Below are positions 13,244-26,142 of a DNA stretch of 64,000 nucleotides, one piece after another; the first letter of the stretch is position 1, and every line of letters begins with the position of its first letter. Location of the stretch: NCBI GenBank assembly GCA_001643675.2, contig LSRY02000019.1, positions 248,001 through 312,000 on the forward strand. Direction: 5' to 3'. The stretch comes from Monocercomonoides exilis PA203 (lineage: Eukaryota; Protista; Preaxostyla). Under the pieces are notes generated by a model, which was given only the letters and a program-made list of their open reading frames with translations, did no database searches and had not been told where the DNA came from. A program made the translations under genes and the position numbers.

Positions 13244-14489
13244 GTTTATTTGAACAAAATTTCAATTCAATCAACCATTCGATTTTTTCTTGCATTTAAT
13301 TCATATTTTTTATTCTTCAATTCGTTTGAATTTTAAATATTATTTACAACCAAATTTTATTATAATAATGTTTTCAAGATTGTTTAAAGAAATTTTTGGG
13401 AAAATAAATAATTTAACACAATTTTCGAATGCATCAAGAGCTTTGCGATCCTAGGTTTTGTGAGGAGTTTCAAAAAAGTACACAACATCAAAAAATAAAT
13501 CGATATCTTTATTCATTCAAAAACCATATTTTTATTAAAGAATATACTGAATTTCGTTTTATGGATTGTTTGACTAACAAGTAATTTCATACAAATAGCA
13601 TAAAGGCTCCCAGCCTTTTCAATTGATTTTTATTTGAAAATGTGCAAAAAATTGTTAAGTATTGAACCTGTAGAAAGTTGAGTTCATTTTGTATCTCTAA
13701 GAAAATGAAAAATGATTGTAATGACTGAGCTGGATGCATTGTTTACAAATATAATCGGAAATTTGGAACTCTGCGACATGCGGCAAATGATAACTTGACG
13801 TAGTCGCTGAGAATATGTTTTTAATCTATATTAATATTTATGTTGCGTATTAAATGATAAACAAAAAACAAATAGGTTCGAAAATTAAAGAAAATTTCAA
13901 ACATTTTTCAACTTTTTTTTTTTTTTTGAAAAACACCCTAAATATTTATATTTTCATAAATAAAAATTTAAACTATTCATTTTTCCAATGTATTTTTCAT
14001 TGAATCTTGTTTTTAATTTTATTTTTATTAATATATCTTTCATTGTATTATATGTTTTATTAAATACACAGCCTAAATGCGAAACTTCCATTTTTTTCAT
14101 CTTTTCAAAAATTGATAACTCCCGCAATATTTAACAATATCATTGTTTTTTTTCAAAAAAATGTTAGATAAAAAACCAAAAATTCGATGCAAAACGGGTT
14201 TTATTTATTCTATTAAATCACGTTTTATTAATGTTAAAAAATTTTGTGAACATTTCAACGACTACGTAAAGTTATCATATGCCCAACATGCTATAGATTG
14301 GAACGATTTTTGTGCTTTCATTCTCCAATGAATCTTAAAGTTTTTATCGTTAATTTCGAGCAATTTTTGTTTCCACTGAAGCAAGTACAAAGAATATGAT
14401 TTTTTGTTTATCTTGCAAAAAAAATTCAAAATTTGGAATTGGGAGCTTTTCAAAGGCCATTAATTGATTTCAGTGAACGCTTCAATTGA

Positions 14490-15480
14490 ATGGACGAATT
14501 GCAAGATCGAAGGAATCAAAAGATCGAAAAAACCTTTGAGTCCATTAGATTCGTTTTAAAGGATGTTGCAATCTTGAGAAAATGAAAGAAAAAAGGGAAA
14601 CACAAGTGCTGAGAGAAATATGGCTGAAATCAATATAGAATAGACATCCTTATGAACACGTTCAACAGTTTCTTTTTCATTTTGCTTTTAGAATTAATTA
14701 TCAATTCATTTGTTTGAACCAAGATTACGATCTTTTATAGCATTATGGTTTCTAGCTAATTCATGAATTTAATGGTTGCAACCAGTTCAAGCCCCTTCAA
14801 AAAAGATAATTTTCGATATTCGTCATTGATCTTGAAGAGTTGCTCAGTTACTCTTCAAAACAAGATTATGTGACAAGATATCTGACGGAAGAAATTGAAG
14901 CATCTTCGTATCAAGGTTGTATTATTGACTTGAAAGCGTTACTCAGAAAAAAAAAGCAAATGAAAAATTTTACCTAAGGAACAACAACTATTTGTGCACG
15001 CTTTAATGCTTCGTCACCACTTCTTTTAATTCAAAAATGAATAAAAAGGTAAACATCTTGCAAAGGATGTGCCTCATTGGACAGCAGCCTTCATTTCAAT
15101 TTCTAACAATTTGAAAGCAATTGGCCAGAGATTTTGCGATGGCACGACTGAGATCGAGGAGTGGAGGAGCTTTCAGCTGCTTATTGGAAGAAAAATCCAA
15201 AACAAAAGAAAGACATATTATGGAAAAGGAAAATCAAAGGAAGTTTTGAGAGGTCAATGAAATTGGGGATTGTGATCATTTGAAGAAGAAGCTACGCAGT
15301 TTCATGGATTGTTGAGTCGAGAGATAAAGGCAAATATGACAGGTATATTGCAGAAAGTTTTTTTATAAATTGATCTGAATTGGAAATTGAGCAAAGAGTC
15401 CAGCAAGTTGATGAGATGGAGCAGCAAGCAACTCGATGCCCAACATCAAAAAATACTCAAAAGAAAAATAATTCGAAAAT
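14490..15480 (+). pseudogene. Possible decayed multi-exon gene remnant
   Basis: Coding-like segments (MDELQDRRNQKIEKTFESIRFVLKDVAILRK*; FSIFVIDLEELLSYSSKQDYVTRYLTEEIEASSYQ; PHWTAAFISISNNLKAIGQRF...) are interrupted by TGA stops, and some end at GT donor-like sites. No family was recognised. Confidence 0.25.
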
Positions 15481-16000
15481 AATAATAATAATTATAATAG
15501 CGATGAAACTTTCAACAAAACACAACAAATGAATCGAGGATATTCCAACAACTGGTGTGCAGCATCTCGGCTGCAACAACAGAATTTTCAACGGTTTTTT
15601 TCACCTGTTTCAGAATTGACTTTTCTTTCACAATAATTGTGATCGTTTCAATATTATTCATGGCTTTCCTTCTTTTTCGATTGGAAGTGTTCTGACAGCG
15701 CTTCATTTTTAACTATCAATTTCATTTTTCTAAACAAAAGCTGCTGATTTGCACCTGCAGATTGTTGCTGATCATTCAAATGCCCAATGGAATGAACAGA
15801 AAGACGAACAATCTGAGGTTTTATATCTGGCCGTGTTTTGGCGAATTTGTAATTTCAGTCTCTTCAAAGACTTGCTTTGAAGCATTCTTGGGAATCGCAT
15901 CGTTTTAAATCATATAAGCGAATAACAGAAAATAAGCATTCACCTGTAAGTTAGGTTCAAGAGCGTTACTGAATCGAGGAATCATTAGGATCATGCTTGC

Positions 16001-19000
16001 TTAGCAATTGTGTTGTGTGTTTGCGTGTGTTACTGTTGCTGTTGCATTTGAAGAAGCAGTGGCAGATTGGGGAAGGAAGCTTCCACGGTATCCATAATCG
16101 GTGTCAGCCTCGAAGTCGACAGCATCAGACATTGTGAGCATGACAGCGCCTGAAGGGAAGTGCTGAATGAAGATCCTCTTGAGGCTTTCGAGCGATGGTC
16201 TGTCTCCAGGCGCACGCGACCAGCATTCCTTTGCCACGCTGGCAAAAGACGAACTGCAGGTCCTGTCGATATTTGGCCTCTCCCCATTCACGATCTTCTG
16301 CCCCGCCACCTCTGCCTCATACTCTCCAAACGGGATCTCCAGCGTCAGACACTCCCACAACATTATCCCAATCGAAAAAACAACTGATTCTTTTGTTGCT
16401 CCTATCTTTTTGTTGATCAGCAGCTCTGGCGCCTTCCATCTCAAGCACTCTTTCCTGTTGTCTGAATCATCCTCAAAAGCTGATGATGGCGGTGGCGAGT
16501 CTTTCCCATTTCTGTTCACAGTGGAGCAATCAGATGTTGATGTGACAACAGTTGATGAAGAGATGGATGAAGTGTCTGAGCCTGATGAGCAATCCGAATG
16601 AAGTGCAATGCAAATCTGCATGTGCTCAGAGAACAGAATGATATGAGGACTCAGATTTGCCAAAGAAGATAATCCGTTTTCCATTTCGTCAAACGAGTGG
16701 AGTGCCAGATTAGCCACCCAGAACAGGATCTGAGCAGCTGTTTGCTCCCTCTCCTTCAAAGTTCCTATTGCCATCTCCTTCGTCTTATTCCTCCCATGAA
16801 GAAGCATGAACAGCGAATCCCTCAAATCCACAATCAACTTCTCATGAGGAGATGAGCATGCCATTGCATCCACCAGATTCGACATTGATGAAGTGGTTGG
16901 GCACAGATCCTCCCCTCGAACAAATGTCGTGTCTGTATCTGACGTATCTGTGGATGAAATTGATGGTGATGGTGTTCTTTTCCTTGTCTCTTCTTCTTCA
17001 ACCTTCTCCAATGCCCATTCTGGGATCTTGTCTGAATCTTTCCCCAAAATGTTTTCAGTGGAGCCGCACTCACTCAGCAAATGCTCTGATGACTCCGAAT
17101 GTTGCATTTTCGTGTCATACGCCCTCTTCTTTATCCTCTCTTCGTTCTTCTTCTCAGCCTCCCTCTCTGCTCTCCTCCACTGCTCCTCCGGCGACATCTC
17201 CATCGTCACCATCTCAATCAACTTCGGATCTTTTTTCACTGTATCTTCAACAATCACTTCCAGTTCCTCTGTTCTTCTCTTTTGCTTTCTCCATCGAACA
17301 GCCAAAACAACAATGATCAATAGTAGCACAACAAATATAATGCAAGAAACAACAATAATGATCCAAGGTAATTTCGTGCCATTCCCACCTTCAACAATTC
17401 TTTCATTTCCACTTGACTGACCTTCGCTCCTGTTCTTCAGGATGAATGAATTTGTCGAAGAAGGTAATTCTGCATTCCCAAACAAAATACAAGCACTCAC
17501 TTCGATTTCATCTCCACAACTGCTGATGAGATCTTTTGCCACACTTCCTTCTGCTTCTCTTTCTGACAAGAATCCTTCCATATCAAAATCAAATTTTTCA
17601 ATCTCCTTCTCTTCTCCTTTCCTCTTCACAACTGAGAATGACAGATTGCATGGAACAAGAAGCATTCCTTTGAATGCCAGCTTCATTCTATTTGCCTCTT
17701 CTTTTGCTTCAACACTCTCCAGAACAGGTATGAAGAATGATGAATCCCTTTCTGAAGCAATCCCTTCAAAACTGCACCCATCATTCAACATCCAAAGAGA
17801 CGTGTTTGGCAAAACGCCGTCCCCTCCTTTCAAACCCACAACATTCAATTCTGAAGAGCCTTCACACAATATGTTCCTTCTTGCAGATCGGTAATTCGGA
17901 ATGGACTGATTGTTGTTTTCAAACTTTCCATCCAATATCTCCACTAATCCACATGTCACAGAAAGCCCTCCTTTCTTCGAATTGCAGATTGTTGTTTCTT
18001 TCATTGTCACATTGCTTGATGTAACATCCACAACTGATCCATTCCAATTACACAATTGATCATGCTCCTTCATCTTCACTTCATCATCATAAAAATTGTA
18101 TTGACTTTGATTTCCATCCTCTTCTTCTTCCCCCTTTTCATCTCCATCGAACTCACAAGAAAGAACAGATATATTTGAACTGCTTGAAACAGACAATTGG
18201 CTTCCTCTTTCTGTTGCAAGTTCACAAAAAGAAAATGAACAGTTAATTAAATTCACACATGTCTTGTAACTCTCAATTCTCACAACACTGTTGTTATTAG
18301 TGTTCCCATATGATGAAATATTCTCAAATGATGAAATAGAGATTCTAAGACTTCCCTTATCTTCATCATTATCTTTTCCATTTCCATTCATATTCAGCTC
18401 TTCTTTGTTCGTTGAGATCAGACAGCCATTGTTCAATGAGATGTTGGAACAGTTCATTTTTTCAATCGAGACAGTTGCACTCTGTCCAATTGCCACAACA
18501 TCTGCTGTCGATGTGAGAGATTCCAGAGTCATTTGGGAAAGCACAATTTCTGACTCATCTGAAAACAAAAGCAAAGGTTTTGCAAAAGACAGCCTGCTGA
18601 ATAATGTCTCGCTCATCTTCAGAACTCCTCCCCAAACAGCCATCACATGTGAATCCAGCTCCAACGAGGCATCGGCTGCTGTGAATGTGCACTGAGACAC
18701 TTCCAACACACCATTCGATTCAGCGAATACAGCTGAGTGTGTGGCCTCAAACGAAGAGGCAAATGATATCAGGCAGTTGCGAACTGTGCAATCCTCCTCA
18801 AACAGAACCACACTCTGGGCATCTCCAGTGAATGGAATGGATGCGCTCAGCTGGATTGTTGCTTGCTGCTTTGTTGAAGGCAGGATGGACAGCCCATGCA
18901 CAGTTGTCTCTGAGAGGAAGGTGGATGTAGTGTTGATGAAAATGATATTCACGAGTCCCGGCTGGATGTGGTGAACAGCAGATGAGATGCTCCGACAGGG

Positions 19001-22000
19001 GTTTGTCGGCAATCCACACTGAGTAGTGTCTGCCGAATCGAGATACACAAAGATCTGTGGTGCATAGTAGAATGTGATCAATGGGATCAAGTCCACATCC
19101 TGCTCATCAGCATCACTCGCACAGATGGACTTGTTTGACTGGAGCGACTCCTGGGTGAAGTCGAGGGAAAAAAGTGTTTCATTGATCTGCTGATCGATCG
19201 ACTGGCAGTTGATGAATATGTCCTTCCCCACAAGTGCATCATTCATTGTGAATCGGATCTCTGATATTTTCAGCGGGAGAAAAGATGGTTCATCAGGAGC
19301 TGGTGATGGAGATGAGAGATCCACACAATCAAACATCATTCCTCCTCCTCTCCCAGTGACTGTTGAACATCTGCAGATTGTGAATGAACATTGCTTCACC
19401 TCCACCAATGATTCTCCACTCTTCACACACATCATCAGTGCCCCTCCCCTTTCACTCATCTCGCTCACACACCGGCTGAATGTGCACTTCTCAACAACAC
19501 TCTCCACAACATCGAACAGACCAAAACAAAGAATGGTTGCACTGTCACCAGAGCATGTGTTGTTGGCAAATGAGGATGACTGGATTTGGATGGAGCAACA
19601 AGGCTTGTCCGACACTTCATTGTGAGCAAATGAATGCTGAGACAGATGAGATGGTGCTCTTTCGAATGATATAAGAGCACTTGAAGATATTGAATTATTC
19701 GAGACTGTCATGTTGGAAAGGATGATTGACTGAGAAGGAAGTGAAACAAGGAGAAATGGGTGAGTGGATGAAAAAGAGGACAATGTGCAATTGTCAATCA
19801 ACAGGCTTCCCTCTGAAACACTCAACAAAGTGAATGAGACAGGCTCACTTGAACTATGAGGAGTGAAAGAGCAGAACTTCATTTTAAGAAGCGATGAGGA
19901 AGTTGATGATCTGATAAATGTTCTGTGATGGGCAAATGCTGTTGGGACGTGGAAGGAGAGAACCTCAAATGAAAGACGGATGGTCGAATGGATCATCCAT
20001 TCTTCATTTTCAACCGGATCATCACCCACGTCAATCCCTGACTCATTGTCTTTCCCAATGATTTCCATTGAGATTTGTTTTGATTCAACAGAAGATGAAA
20101 GGGAAAGTGATGTTGTGAGTGAGGGAATGTGAGACACAGAGATGGACAATCCATCTTCATCATCATCAGAAGCACTTCCAGGGAGTGGGGTGAATTTGAG
20201 GGAGATGAGATGGGAGATAGACCTGCATGGAGCAACATCATATCCACATCCACTGAAGTCTCCTCCTTCCTCCCCATCTACAAATCCACTCCCGCTGAAG
20301 TTGCTCCACAGATACACCACAAGCGGAATCACAAACCCAACCCCTGTGCTGCCTCTCTCCCACCCACACAGCTCGTCCATCGATGTCTTTTCCTTCTCAC
20401 TCATCTCCCAGCAGAAATGTGCGGAATCCACAACTTCATCCAGAGAGCTCCCATTCACAAGCACATTCTTCCCTTTCCAGGCATAGCACATCACAAACCT
20501 TATATCCCCAAAAGCAAACTGAGTTGCCTCATCCTCCAACCATAGAAATATTCCTCCTCCCATACCATCTTCTTCTCCTTCTTCCCTCTTTCCTGCACAG
20601 CACCCTTCAAACTTCGAGGATCCATTCACGACCATTTCATCCCTGCTTCTCAGGTACACATGCGTCCCTCCTCCTTTTGCTGTGTTTCCCTTTGCCCAGC
20701 ATCCATTCAATGTGCAGTTGTCAATTATCAGTTTCTTGTTTTCCGATTCATGAGCGTTTGTCTCATCCTCAACACAAACACAAATACAAGCTCCATCCCC
20801 ATTCTCTTTTGTGACTCCCTCAAAAACACATTCAACACAATTCATAACAAAACTGCTCCCCTTCCCTTCAATCAACGAATGGTATGTTAACACCATTGCT
20901 CCTTTTGTCTCAAACATTTCCATCTTCAACTCCCCTCCAACCACACTCACAAAGCAGAATCCGATCTCATTCACAATCTCAGAAAACACAGTCACCGATT
21001 GTGTTTGCTTCATTGATGAACAGTTCGAAAGAGTGAGAGAGGAAGTGGAAGTGGGGAGTGTGATGAAAGATTTGGCATTTGAGAGAGAAGAAGGAAGGGA
21101 GAAGCAGATGTTGTATATTGAGCACTCGGTGGAGACACTCACCAGCCATTGATTGAAGAGCTCTGTTTGTGGTGCATGCACATCAACAACCATTCCCTTT
21201 TCCTCGCATGAGATATTCCAAACTGGTCCATCCATCATCATCTCCTCATCCAGCTCATATCCCTCTCCGACAACAATCTGCCTTTGTGCTGAACCAAATC
21301 TGAGCTGAGCAGCATGCATTATTGTCAGGCATGGAAAGAAGCTGAATCCACAAAAATTCGAATCAAAAACCCAGTTTCCTTCAGTTCCTCCAACATGTGC
21401 TGGAGGTTGGAATGACTCCAAAAATACATTCAATGGAAACATTCCCATCTCACTCAGATTTCTATCAAAACCCATCAGCTCTTCATATCCCAGCCCATTC
21501 AGTGAAACACAAATCTTCTCCAAATTGATTGTCTCTCCATTCATGTTGCTCCCATTCACAAAGATATCTCTCCCTCCCTCTCTTGACTCACAATCCACAA
21601 AACTCACTGATGAAATCACAAAGTCTGCTGCCCCATCCTCCAGCCAAAGATACAATCCTCCTCCACATTTGCTGCATGAGCATGAATCGAGTGTGGTTGG
21701 AAACAAGGAAGATCCCATTCTGAAGGTGCCGGTGGATGATGTCATGTCAATCCTGATCACTCCTCCACTCCCATTCGGACACTCACAGTTCTCGATTGTT
21801 GTATTCCACAGATAAAATGACTCTCCCTCACTAATTGTCTTTGACATCACTGCTCCATCCCCTTCTGCTTTGATCACATGCGAAAAGTTGGAATTTGCGA
21901 TAAAACATTCATCATTGTTTGGAAGAGAAGATGAAGACGATACCAATAATGAAACAAAAGAGGTTTCTTGAAAGAGACTGTCCTTGGACAAGATATTCTT

Positions 22001-24204
22001 GACAATGCAATCAGTCATTCGAAAGTTGGCAAAATTCACCTCAAACAAACTGTTAAAGTATTCTTTTGAGTGTAGTCCTTCCTGATTCAATGGGGTGCTG
22101 ATTGCAAGCTCCTGGAGAAATAGTTGAGAATTTGAGGAGCTCAGTCGGAACAATCTTGAACTTTCATGTGAGTCAAACACAACGCTCAAAGATGACAATT
22201 TGCATATCCCGTCATCCACATTCAGAAACACTTGATCTACCTCAACACGAACTGGATTCAATTTAGTCAGATCCTTTCCTCTCCCTTGAATAGAAATATT
22301 CTTTCCCTCCACATTCAAACCATTTGATTCATCCATTTCATAAGTTCCCTCGATAAGCATGATTCTGCATCTGCTCTTTGTTAATGTATCTTCCAATGCG
22401 AATTTCAACGAATTACAACCATCCTCAACTGTCAACCCACAGAGCGAATTGTTGTTTCCTCCATCTGAAATGACATATCTCACAAGAAATCCATTTGGCA
22501 ACCAATCATTTTTTGGACCTAATGAGGAGCTCACACATCTGCTTTCATCACTTGTCATGGAATAGCATTCTTCAAATGGACTTTCTGGAAATTTTCTTTC
22601 TTCATCATAAAAATATGCATCACATGCATTCAGTGCTGAATTGTTGAAGAAGAAGCAGAAAAATATGAATTTTTTGTTAAATTCCAATGAACTGACATGT
22701 ATTTGAATTCCTCCGCAATATTCTTTATTCGCAGAGCAATTTTGAAATACGCAAGAGCTCATTAGAAAAAACGACGGAATTGATAAATCTGCATATAATC
22801 CTCCCGCATTTTTATTCACTGAAGAATCATTGATGCACGAAACATTCATTAGCAGGACAGGAGATCCATCATTGTGAGTGTTCAAATTGCATTCAGTAGA
22901 TGTGGGAGTACTTCCATGATTTAAAAATAAAGCTCCTCCGTATTCGGTAGAAGAAGAATTTCTAATTGCAGTATGAGAGATATCATAACAATTTGCTGTT
23001 TCTAAAAAAATAGAGCCACCATGAGAGCCAACATTTAATAAATCTCTTTTTCCAACGCAGTAATCAAACGAACAATTTGCAACATTAGTATTGAGAGAGT
23101 TGAGCACGCAAATTCCTCCTCCCCATCTGCTGCATGAACAATTCTAGATTCAATATTGAAAAAGTGAGAAAGAAAAAGTTACCAACAATTATAAATAAAA
23201 ATTAAAAACGATCAAACCATGAATATGCAGCTCTGAACACTCAGTGTTGATGAAGGGCCATTGAAAAAAATGGCACCTCCGCAAGTGTTAAATCCCTCAT
23301 CTGTAGCAGAATAATCAGTGACATGCTGTTCGACAAATGCTGTGTATAGAAAGCTCCAATCTTCATTGACCTCCACTCTCGAGCCATTATTCATGGTTCT
23401 TGCACAATGCATCACACTTGTGTTGAAAACATTCAAAGCACGATTTCTGTCTCCTATTCCTCCATAAAGCACGTTTTCAACACCATGCAATTCACATCCA
23501 GTTATGATAAATGCTCCATTTCCTTTTTGAAGCTCCGACATTTCTGAACAAAATGGACCCTTCTTTTGAGTGGAAGAAATGTTCGAGAAGACACATTTGG
23601 CAATGTTCAAAGAAGATGAATGCGAAGAGTCAATAATAGGAGCCTTTGCAAAAACAAAATCAGAAAATGTTGAGGATGACAATAAGATTGTTTCAAAATC
23701 ATTCCCAATCCATTTCTTGCTGCCTGAATGTTCATGAACCACTAATTGTGGTATTTGACCGATTTGACTTTTTGTGAATAATGATATGTTGCTGAAGAGT
23801 GCTCTTCCATAAACAATTCTGAAAAGACAACTTGCTTTCTCATAGTTGCACAATATCATACACCAGAGAACAACCACATTGGATGAAGCTCCATCAACAA
23901 CATTTGTGTCTCCTTTTGTTTGCAACTGCAACTTTGAGAAAGCAATTGAAGTATTTATCAATGAAAATGATGCCCTCAAACAAGAGAAGTCCAACATTCT
24001 ATCATCTTGAAAATGAACGGAGGGATGTACACTAATGGAGTTTGGGAAAATGCATGATTTAGGGAAACCTAAAAAATATTTGTCTATTTTGGAAAATCCG
24101 TAATAGGATGATTCTCCATTCGTATTTCGCAAAGAATTGTATTCAAAAGCATTGGCATTCCAGTGAAAACTCAGAATTTCAAAAAAATAAAAGAAAAAAT
24201 TCAT
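16001..24204 (-). CDS. Single-pass receptor-like protein (~2,700 aa): signal peptide, repeated parallel beta-helix/Pmp-like ectodomain, TM helix, TKL-type pseudokinase C-lobe
   Basis: Exons 23218..24204 and 16001..23143 (GTTTG..TAG intron 23144..23217; CIFM|NCSCSRWGGGICV). Hydrophobic N-terminus MNFFFYFFEILSF. GGAI/GGGL repeats and four CG-x4-6-[PG]C-x-[ST][IL] modules. TM segment WIIIVVSCIIFVVLLLIIVVLAV followed by RWRK. Kinase C-lobe motifs LRWKAPE, VVFSIGIMLWECLTLEIPF and ECWSRAPGDRP. Confidence 0.88.
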
Positions 24205-24382
24205 GCAAGAAAAATTCTTGAGTTTTTTATTATTAAAAATATATATTATATGCATATTTCTGATCTTTTGAAATTTGAAATTTGAGTGATTGTTTTTCTC
24301 AACGAAACAATTTTTGTGGTGTTGATCATTTTAAAATGATTTGTGATGGGAAAATAGTTTTTTGCTTTGAAGTTTTTATATA

Positions 24383-24384
<2 letters not shown>

Positions 24385-24415
<31 letters not shown>
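24385..24415. repeat. poly(T) tract, about 31 nt
   Basis: Homopolymer visible about 180 bp upstream of the minus-strand receptor gene. Confidence 0.9.
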
Positions 24416-25059
24416 CGTGAATCAACAAATTATTACAAAGGACTGTTGATCAATTCAGAAATTTTTATTTTAGCTTTTTTGAGGAAAGTTTTTGAAACTA
24501 TTTGTGAATCTAAATTTTGTGATAAGTTTTATAATAAAAACTTAAATTACGGAAAGAATTACATGCATTTGTATTTTTCAGGGTACTTTTTGTATTTCTC
24601 ATAATTTTTGATGCTTGACTTTAATTAACAATCATCTGAGTCAAAAACAAAAGCCTCAGTACAATGAAATGCAACAAACATGAAATGATTAATCAGAGAA
24701 AAATGTTTCAACGAATTCATTTTTAAGAAACAAAGATTCTCTGATAATAATGGACAGAAAGAATTTCTTTATTAATAATGAAATTTGGCCAACATAATGT
24801 TTGTGAACCTGCAACATTAGTGGAATGAATACAATTTGTTTTTTGTGAAATAGTTTTTTTTATTTTCACATGACGCATGCTTGTTGATATAATAAATCAT
24901 TACGAATACGAAATTTATAACTAAAAATGAATAATGAATTTTAAAAGTTGATGAAAAATTTCATAAATCTCCATAACCCATAACATTGTGTTAATTGTCG
25001 ATTTTTTTATCATTTTGCTTCGGAAATTTGATTTGAAGAAATTTTAAAAGCTTTGTCCA

Positions 25060-26111
25060 ATGAACCCTATGGATGATGCAAAGCTTTTATTTAAATTGAA
25101 ATTTACGGTTTTCATTTTGCTTTTCCTTCCTTTGATTATGATAATTTTTTTTTGAAACATACAGAATATCAAGCCATTGGGTTTGCTAATTGTGAAGATT
25201 ATTGAATATTTTTTGATTCATTTTTTGTGATGATGCGTTCAAAAAGGCCATGGAAGTTTTGGAACGTTTGCCTCATTTATTCAAATTCCGGATGATTTAT
25301 TATTTTTTAGCGTTTATCTAGGAACGTCTCCATCTGGTCAACTTCGGGCAATAAAAGTGTTGCAACAAAAAGGATTTACAAAAGGAGAGCAAGATGCAGC
25401 ACTTGCACTTTCAAGGTTGATATTATCCGTTATCTATTTCTAACAAAAATTTTTGTAGAGTGAATTGTCCATATATAATACAAACTTATGATATTATTCA
25501 AGAAGATGATAAAGTTGTGTTGGAGATGGAATACGCGAATTCTAGGGTTTTATTTATTTTGTATTTGATAATGCTGTATTTTATAACAATTTCCCCCTTT
25601 TTTAAGTCACTTGAAAATATTATAAAGAAGAACAGGCCATTAAGTGAAGCTGATGCGCATCATTTTATTTATCAAATATGTTTGCAAACTTTATATATTG
25701 ATGAATTGCAGTGTTCTTTGTTTTTAGTGGTTGGGACTCAGGTTGTTCACGACAATCATCTTTTGCATAGAGATTTGAAGCCCGATAATATATTACTTCA
25801 TCAAGAAAAGCCTGATGGTTTGCTTATTGCAAAAATTTCTGATTTTGGCCTGGCACGAAGATTGGACCCTGGGCATATGGCTCAGACGCAATGTGGGTTT
25901 GTCATAAAAATTCAAACAAAGCCATTTTAAATAGAAGCATTTTCAATAAAAAACAAATTGATTGTTATTATTATCAAATTTTTCATTCTTTTATATTAAA
26001 TTTTCAATGTTTTTGCAATCTTTATCAATATTATCCTGGATTGTGCACCGCTGTTTGAAGAACTCCTTTATACATGGTTTGCATTCAGAGAAAGTTAATT
26101 GTGATTCAAAT

Positions 26112-26142
<31 letters not shown>

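Noticed and set aside
14490-15300. Stop-codon reassignment or selenocysteine readthrough to explain in-frame TGA codons
   Set aside because: TGA, TAA and TAG all terminate well-supported genes in this window, and no SECIS or conserved protein context is evident.
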